A DNA stretch of 64,000 nt, taken from an uncultured archaeon (GTDB lineage Archaea; Nanohalarchaeota; Nanosalinia; Nanosalinales; Nanosalinaceae). How positions within the stretch are numbered: position 1 is the stretch's first letter; every line of letters starts with the position of its first letter. The notes beneath the pieces are model-generated. The model searched no databases. It was not told the DNA's origin and was given only the letters and a program-made list of their open reading frames with translations. The stretch lies in the NCBI GenBank assembly GCA_964421955.1, contig CAYQYU010000002.1, forward strand, positions 1 to 64,000, read 5' to 3'. Made by a program: the position numbers and the translations under genes. Positions 58,569 to 64,000 of the stretch are shown here, piece after piece.

Positions 58569-58651
58569 GCGGGGGTAGCCAAGTGGTCAAAGGCGCAGGA
58601 CTTAGGATCCTGTCCCATAGGGGTTCGCAAGTTCGAATCTTGTCCCCCGCA
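58569..58651 (+). tRNA. tRNA-Leu(TAG)
   Basis: GCGGGGG/CCCCCGC acceptor stem, CAGGA-CTTAGGA-TCCTG anticodon arm, long variable arm, GTTCGAAT. Confidence 0.95.
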
Positions 58652-58707
58652 CTATTGACTCTTTCTTCGGTTCACGAATCCTCGGTTTATAAGGAGGATT
58701 CAAGACT

Positions 58708-59074
58708 ATGCCGAATATGTCAGACGACATACACGACAAAGAACGAGAGTTAAATCTCAACAACGAAACATTCAAAACCTCAGAATATGTCTCCGAGAGC
58801 TTTCGAGATGAAAATCCGGAAATACGCCTTAAAATCAGACCTCTACCCACAAGGAATCACACCAGACAACCTAACACAAGAAATACCATACGCAGAAAGA
58901 ATAGTTCCTCACTCTCTGCGTCACACCTATGCCACACGACTATTACGGGCAGGAGAACCTATGGCAAAAGTCTCCCGACTACTAGGACACGAAAGCGTCA
59001 AAACCACAGTAGACATATACGGACACCTAAACATAGAAGACCTGAGAGAAACCGCAGAGAAGGTGAACCTTTAA
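58708..59074 (+). pseudogene. tyrosine recombinase/integrase remnant
   Basis: PHSLRHTYAT...LLGHESVKTTVDIYGH (HxxR, H, Y) in 58787-59074; upstream catalytic Arg and core-binding domain absent. Confidence 0.85.
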
Positions 59075-59098
59075 AGAAAAATACGATAAGTTTCTCTT

Positions 59099-59647
59099 AT
59101 GCCTCAAGGATCAGGACGACCTATAGAATTAAAGCCAAATATGTGGGCGGGTGCTGTCCAACTTATTTTCGACAATTATTTGATGGACAGAGACTTTATG
59201 AAGAAGGATATGCCACACGAATTTCTTATATACGGCATATTAGGGATAGGTGTTGTCGGATATTATGCCGTAACGAGGTATACTTCTTACAGTATACCTA
59301 TATACACCCTTGCCGTACTACCTGTAATCGGATTTGTACTTCAGGTCTACTTCCTTCACGGAGAATTAAAGCACAGGAGCTACCTTATATACGAAAAATC
59401 TGTAGAAATACAGGATGATTTCTTTGACAAGGAATCAAACTCCGCAAGATTCGAGAACATAACAGATGTTAAACTCGAAAAACCTTTCGTCCAGAGACTT
59501 TTCGGAACAGGCAACATAAGGCTGTCCACAGCAGGTAAAGGAATGGAATCAGAACTCGTTATAAGATATTTGGACAACGCAGACGAGTATTATCAAGAGC
59601 TTTCAGACCTCGTAAACTCAAGAGAATACAATCAAGACCTACATTAG
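59099..59647 (+). CDS. membrane protein with bacterial PH domain (YdbS-like)
   Basis: 2 TMs, ENITDVKLEKPFVQRLFGTGNIRLSTAG. Confidence 0.85.
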   Translation: MPQGSGRPIELKPNMWAGAVQLIFDNYLMDRDFMKKDMPHEFLIYGILGIGVVGYYAVTRYTSYSIPIYTLAVLPVIGFVLQVYFLHGELKHRSYLIYEKSVEIQDDFFDKESNSARFENITDVKLEKPFVQRLFGTGNIRLSTAGKGMESELVIRYLDNADEYYQELSDLVNSREYNQDLH

Positions 59648-59658
59648 GCGATTAAATA

Positions 59659-60114
59659 ATGAATAATGAAAATCCTCAGAGAACGGTAAGACCGAATGTC
59701 ACGGCAGGAACAAGTATCAGAGGAGGAATGATACTGCTTGGAACTGCTGTCTTAACAGGGATTTTGATGTGGAGTTCCGATATTCCTTCTGTATTCGTCC
59801 TGATCGGAGGAATCCTACTTGCTTTAGCAGGAACAGGAGTCGTATTCTTCAACCTCAACTCCAGAGAATACCGCTTCTACAACAACGAAGTAGAAGTATA
59901 CGAAGGATTCATCAACATAACACAGAACAACACATCCTACGACCGAGTAACCGACATATCCTACAGTCAACCTATAACACAGCGAATATTCGGTACAGGC
60001 ACAGTCAAACTAAACACAGCAGGAAGCGGATACCACGAAATCAAAATAAGCTATGTAGACAACCCCCAACAAGAATACAAAACGCTTAAGAGAATAGTAG
60101 GAGACAGAAGATAA
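59659..60114 (+). CDS. membrane protein with bacterial PH domain (YdbS-like)
   Basis: 2 TMs, YDRVTDISYSQPITQRIFGTGTVKLNTAG. Confidence 0.87.
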   Translation: MNNENPQRTVRPNVTAGTSIRGGMILLGTAVLTGILMWSSDIPSVFVLIGGILLALAGTGVVFFNLNSREYRFYNNEVEVYEGFINITQNNTSYDRVTDISYSQPITQRIFGTGTVKLNTAGSGYHEIKISYVDNPQQEYKTLKRIVGDRR

Positions 60115-60117
60115 ATT

Positions 60118-60525
60118 ATGAAGAGTGAAAACTTGAACCAATACGCTCTACTGATTTTCTTGGCACTTACAGTCATCGCAAGTGGATGTATATCTAATAA
60201 TAGCCAGACTCAGAAAGAAGAACTACAACAGGAAGTAGATGAAACTCAGCAACAGGCACAGAAACTTCAGACCTGCGGAAGCATAAATATAGAGATTGTG
60301 GAAGCATCTTCTTCAGAGGCTGTAATCCAGCAGAACGCAGGTAACAACCCTGTTGGAGAAGTAGAGGTAACTTGGACGCTTCAAAATGGAGAGACAGCGA
60401 CCAAAACAGTATCTATAGATCGTTCAAGAGGCTTAGCACAAGCTACTAACAGCCTCACCGGAACACTACAGGAAGCGGTTGCTAAATCCACCAAATGTCA
60501 GGGTATAGAGGCTACTTATCCTTAA
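60118..60525 (+). CDS. lipoprotein with a pilin-like beta domain
   Basis: Lipobox ASGC, coiled stalk, Cys pair flanking a beta-rich domain. Confidence 0.7.
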   Translation: MKSENLNQYALLIFLALTVIASGCISNNSQTQKEELQQEVDETQQQAQKLQTCGSINIEIVEASSSEAVIQQNAGNNPVGEVEVTWTLQNGETATKTVSIDRSRGLAQATNSLTGTLQEAVAKSTKCQGIEATYP

Positions 60526-60556
60526 TTTCAAATAGAAGTTAATAGTCAGTAAAAGT

Positions 60557-60823
60557 ATGGACAGAGAGCTTATCGAAGCATTTGGTATCGACTTTGTAGG
60601 TTTGCTTCTATATGGCGGGATCTTGAGTATGATAACAAGTCCTCCGTTAGGTATGTCATCACAGCAATTAATGGGTGTAGGACTTATCTTTCCGCTTCTC
60701 GCTTATGTTGTGACCTACAAGCGCTATCCTGAACAGTTCTGGAAAGCCTTCTTCGGAAGCGTAGTATTAGGAGCAGTTCTCCTGATAGGAGGGTTCTGGC
60801 TGTTCGTCAATATGGTGATCTAA
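60557..60823 (+). CDS. small membrane protein (3 TM)
   Basis: 88 aa, hydrophobic. Confidence 0.72.
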   Translation: MDRELIEAFGIDFVGLLLYGGILSMITSPPLGMSSQQLMGVGLIFPLLAYVVTYKRYPEQFWKAFFGSVVLGAVLLIGGFWLFVNMVI

Positions 60824-61162
60824 ATGGAAAAAAGCACACAACTCAAAGTTATCGGAGGTCTTCTCGGACTCTGGGGATTAGTCAGACTTGCAACATCGGG
60901 AATGGCATTAACCTCGTCAGCACAGGTCAGCACACTCCTCATAGGAGTCGATATAGTGACAGGTCTGATACTGTTAGCAGGGAGCATAGGAGTATTCCTG
61001 AAGAAACAAGCAGGTTTCTACGCAGGACTACTAGGCGTTCTGCTCGTTCTCGGAGTCAACATCTACAACTTCGCTGTAGGAACAGGAGGAAACATAGTAG
61101 CAATACTAATAGTCGCAGTAGTAGGCTACTACCTCTACGACAGCAGAGAAATCTTCCAATAA
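60824..61162 (+). CDS. small membrane protein (4 TM)
   Basis: 112 aa, hydrophobic, abuts previous stop. Confidence 0.75.
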   Translation: MEKSTQLKVIGGLLGLWGLVRLATSGMALTSSAQVSTLLIGVDIVTGLILLAGSIGVFLKKQAGFYAGLLGVLLVLGVNIYNFAVGTGGNIVAILIVAVVGYYLYDSREIFQ

Positions 61163-61345
61163 GGGAATCCCCATTTCCTACTTCTTTATTTTTTAAGAAA
61201 GATATTCTTTCATACATCAGACATATAACTATTAGTTCTTCTTAATTGAGATAGAAGAGTTTCGTGTTCCGAAGGAAGATACAAGTATGCCTCGCCCCCG
61301 CACTCTTCTCCTATAATTTAAGTAAGGCGCTTAACGAGTCTTTTT

Positions 61346-62497
61346 GTGCACCTGGTTGACTGGGCGGAGAGAATTGATCTTGGGAAGGAGATTCAGGAGG
61401 TTTATCTCCACAGCTTTCTGTTCAAGCTGGCCGTGAAGCTGGTCGGTATCTTTCTTCCTCTATATATTCTTGAGAGAGGATTTTCCGTGGAGACTGTCTT
61501 CCTGTTCTTCCTGGCCTACTCTGGAACATACGTTGTTGGGAGTCTGCCGAACGCGGAAATTGCATCGAAGATCGGTTACAAACATACTTCGTTGCTTGCA
61601 AGCCCTATGATCCTGGTGTTCTATCTGTTACTCCGTTCCGTTGAGACGCAGCCCTCGCTAATCCTTGTGGCGATCCTGGGCGGTCTCGGTTTCAACATGT
61701 ACTGGACAGGTATGAATCCCGAGGTTGCGAGGAGCAGCCATAGCGAGAAGCGGGAAGAGGAGACCGGTTTCTTTTTCTCGATGCCTGCGCTTTCATCGGT
61801 GATATCGCCCGTAGTAGGCGGGCTTATACTTGCGGTTTCCGGCTTTAACGTTCTTTTCGCAGTCGCCGCTTTACTGATCGCGGCCTCGTTTATACCCTTC
61901 CTGTTCTCCCGTGAACACCATTCAGGGATGAATATCAGCCCACTGGAGTTCGCGAGGGAGGAGATGGACCTGAACGACTTCCTGACATTCCTGTTCAAGG
62001 GAGGTCCCTCCCAGGGAAAGAAGGTACTCTGGCCCCTATATCTTGCTCTGGTGATCAAAGGCTCGATCAGTATAGGTGGTGCAGGAGGGTTTATGGCTTT
62101 TGGTGGTGTGGTTACAAGCATCTTCATAGGTAAGATTACAAACGATGGTAACAGGAAGAAGGTGATCCTTGCCGGCACATCTATTGCCTCTGCATCATAT
62201 ATTTTGATGTCCTTCATTACAGAACCGGTGACTGCATTCGCTGTCTCAATGCTTAACGGCCTCAGCTTTACGGCCATCAGCATCCCAGTCTACAGTAAGG
62301 CCATGGAGCACTCAGAGAAAGAGGATATAATCGAGTACTTCGCGTTCCGAGAGATAGCGCTCTCAGTTGGGAGAATTGCAACGCTTCTGACTCTGCTTGC
62401 GGTTTTCAAGCTCACCCGCTTTAAATTCATACTTGGATTCTTATTTATCGCAGCCACAGTAGTCGCAGCAGGCTATTTCGGAAGCAGGATGGACTAG
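61346..62497 (+). CDS. MFS transporter
   Basis: About 12 TMs, GIFLPLYI, SKIGYK, SPVVGGLIL. Confidence 0.88.
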   Translation: MHLVDWAERIDLGKEIQEVYLHSFLFKLAVKLVGIFLPLYILERGFSVETVFLFFLAYSGTYVVGSLPNAEIASKIGYKHTSLLASPMILVFYLLLRSVETQPSLILVAILGGLGFNMYWTGMNPEVARSSHSEKREEETGFFFSMPALSSVISPVVGGLILAVSGFNVLFAVAALLIAASFIPFLFSREHHSGMNISPLEFAREEMDLNDFLTFLFKGGPSQGKKVLWPLYLALVIKGSISIGGAGGFMAFGGVVTSIFIGKITNDGNRKKVILAGTSIASASYILMSFITEPVTAFAVSMLNGLSFTAISIPVYSKAMEHSEKEDIIEYFAFREIALSVGRIATLLTLLAVFKLTRFKFILGFLFIAATVVAAGYFGSRMD

Positions 62498-63303
62498 AAC
62501 CAGAGAAAGTTTCTAATTCTTTCACTTACTCCTGGTTTAATCCGATTTATCCTCTCCATCTCCCGTTCCGTCAGTTTGAAGTCGAAGATATCAATATTTT
62601 CCCTTAAATGCGACTTCCTTGACGCCTTGGGTATCGCCGCGACGTTCTCCTGCTGGATCAACCATCTCAGGGTGACCTGTGCCGGGCTCCTGTGATATCT
62701 CTCGCCGATTTCCGACAGTGTCTCGTCTCCCGCGACCTTTCCCAGCGCCAGCGGTGTGTGCGCCGTCAGCAGGATATCGTTCTCCTGGCAGTACTCAAGC
62801 ATCTCCTGTCGCGGGCGATACGGGTTGAACTCCAGCTGGTTGGTGACTATAGGCGTCTCGGACTTCTCCCGGGCTTCCTCCAGCTGCTCAACCGAGAAGT
62901 TGCTGACGCCTATGTGCCTCACCTTCTCCTGGTCCTGGAGGCTGTTCATTGCCTCAAGCGTCTCTCCAACATCGTGCTTTGGCGGGGCATGGATCAGCAG
63001 GAGGTCGATGTAGTCCGTGCCCAGCTTCTCCAGGCTCTCATTGGTGGACTCGATCGCGCGCTGGAAGGAGGTGTTTCCCTTGTCGAGCTTCGTGACGAGG
63101 AATATCTCGTCCCGGGGAGTATCTGACCCAGCAATCGCGTCGCCTACCTCTTCCTCGTTGCCGTACATCTGCGCCGTGTCGATGTGCCGGTATCCAAGCT
63201 CGAGCGCGGAACGCACCGAGGACCTACACTCGCTACCGCTCATCCTGGCAGTTCCCAGGCCCAGTGCAGGAACCTTTACATTCTGGAGTTCGATGTATTC
63301 CAT
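62494..63303 (-). CDS. aldo/keto reductase
   Basis: LGLGT, GYRHIDTAQMY, LVTK, DLLLIH, IGVSNF, IPKAS. Confidence 0.95.
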   Translation of the reverse strand: MEYIELQNVKVPALGLGTARMSGSECRSSVRSALELGYRHIDTAQMYGNEEEVGDAIAGSDTPRDEIFLVTKLDKGNTSFQRAIESTNESLEKLGTDYIDLLLIHAPPKHDVGETLEAMNSLQDQEKVRHIGVSNFSVEQLEEAREKSETPIVTNQLEFNPYRPRQEMLEYCQENDILLTAHTPLALGKVAGDETLSEIGERYHRSPAQVTLRWLIQQENVAAIPKASRKSHLRENIDIFDFKLTEREMERINRIKPGVSERIRNFLWF

Positions 63304-63379
63304 GGGTTCTTTTTCTTGCCCGATTCTCAAGTATCTACCCCGGCTTTTTATTCTGGAATAGTCTATAATCGTTTGTAGA

Positions 63380-63595
63380 ATGTTTGAAGACGTCGATATT
63401 GGTGAGAGCCTGAAAAATTCAGCAGTGATTACCGGGTATTTCGTGCTGACAATCGGTATTCTGTTCGGCTTGGTCCAGAAAGGTTACATAGAGACTTCAA
63501 TTTTCGATCAACTGACCGTTCCTGTTGCGGTACTCGGTATAGCGGTCGTCTTCAATCTTGTTTTCGCTTTCACAATTGTGGATCAGGAATACTGA
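63380..63595 (+). CDS. small 2-TM membrane protein
   Basis: 71 aa, hydrophobic. Confidence 0.7.
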   Translation: MFEDVDIGESLKNSAVITGYFVLTIGILFGLVQKGYIETSIFDQLTVPVAVLGIAVVFNLVFAFTIVDQEY

Positions 63596-63607
63596 AAGCG
63601 GGAAAAA

Positions 63608-64000
63608 CTAGTTCTCATCGGTTGATTCAGTTGTAGATATGTATCCCTCGCCGGAAAAAGGAGTGTTTCTCTGTCTTTCTGACCCCTCAGCTCTTCCGGT
63701 CTGTTGCCCTCCTTCATCCTCTTCCCAGGAAGGCCTCTCAATAGCGTTCCGTAGCCCTCTGTTCGCGGCCTCGGGAGTCCTGTTCATGACTATCTTCAGC
63801 ACCGCCATACGCACCTCCCTGGACTCGTTCACATGTGCCTGTAATTCTGGAACTGTCCTTGCGGTAGCGGATACCTTCTCCATCTGCCGGGAGTAATGCC
63901 TGAGTGCGACCTCAGCCCTCTCCGAATCTCCCTGTTCTGAGAGCTCCTTTGCCTCTGCAAGTCTCTCCTGAGCGTATTCCAGTCTTTTCTCGGCCTTTTT
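63608..64000 (-). CDS. DUF5667-like protein, 5' end outside the window
   Basis: Frame open to the edge: KKAEKRLEYAQERLAEAKEL...PEAANRGLRNAIE. Confidence 0.7.
   Translation of the reverse strand, partial: KKAEKRLEYAQERLAEAKELSEQGDSERAEVALRHYSRQMEKVSATARTVPELQAHVNESREVRMAVLKIVMNRTPEAANRGLRNAIERPSWEEDEGGQQTGRAEGSERQRNTPFSGEGYISTTESTDEN

Larger units (their letters stand above)
58644..61304. mobile_element. decayed tRNA-Leu-integrated island of about 2.6 kb
   Basis: Direct repeat CCCCCGCACT at 58644-58653 and 61295-61304; integrase remnant; visibly AT/A-rich DNA. Confidence 0.75.

Noticed and set aside
58708-59418. 236-aa ORF in the track overlapping the integrase and PH genes
   Set aside because: Becomes basic and shadow-like after about 45 aa; the overlapping frames carry recognisable domains.
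1-64000. CRISPR array, rRNA, IS/transposase, replication origin
   Set aside because: No regularly spaced repeats, rRNA signatures, transposase ORFs or cdc6/ORB motifs were seen by eye.

Overview
Archaeal chromosome segment with a strongly acidic proteome, dense gene packing and mostly leaderless genes (TATA about 25 bp before the start). Together with rpl10e, dph2, aMBF1, PINA and many orphan genes, this points to a halophilic DPANN archaeon, most likely Nanohaloarchaeota (inferred, not searched). Housekeeping content: hisS, ychF, a DEAD-box helicase, csp, nrdR with class II nrdJ, nfo, sod, pcm, glmS and a glmU/phosphohexomutase cluster. There are three tRNAs: partial Asp(GTC), Trp(CCA) with a 103-nt intron, and Leu(TAG). 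Three short genes are missing from the ORF track: a histone-fold protein, a zinc finger and a membrane peptide. Best leads: (1) a palindrome GTTCGAT-N4-ATCGAAC at a nearly fixed 11-12 bp upstream of the TATA boxes of three envelope-protein genes, one copy lying beside a membrane-anchored winged-helix regulator, which suggests an envelope-sensing one-component regulon; (2) AT-rich mini-islands of small membrane proteins at the 3' ends of tRNA-Leu (with an integrase remnant) and tRNA-Trp; (3) a NYN nuclease plus CBS-HPF hibernation-factor operon; (4) tandem NrdR boxes on an archaeal promoter; (5) apparent pseudoenzymes; (6) frameshift and nonsense lesions confined to accessory genes. No CRISPR array, rRNA or intact IS element was seen. 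All calls come from reading motifs by eye.
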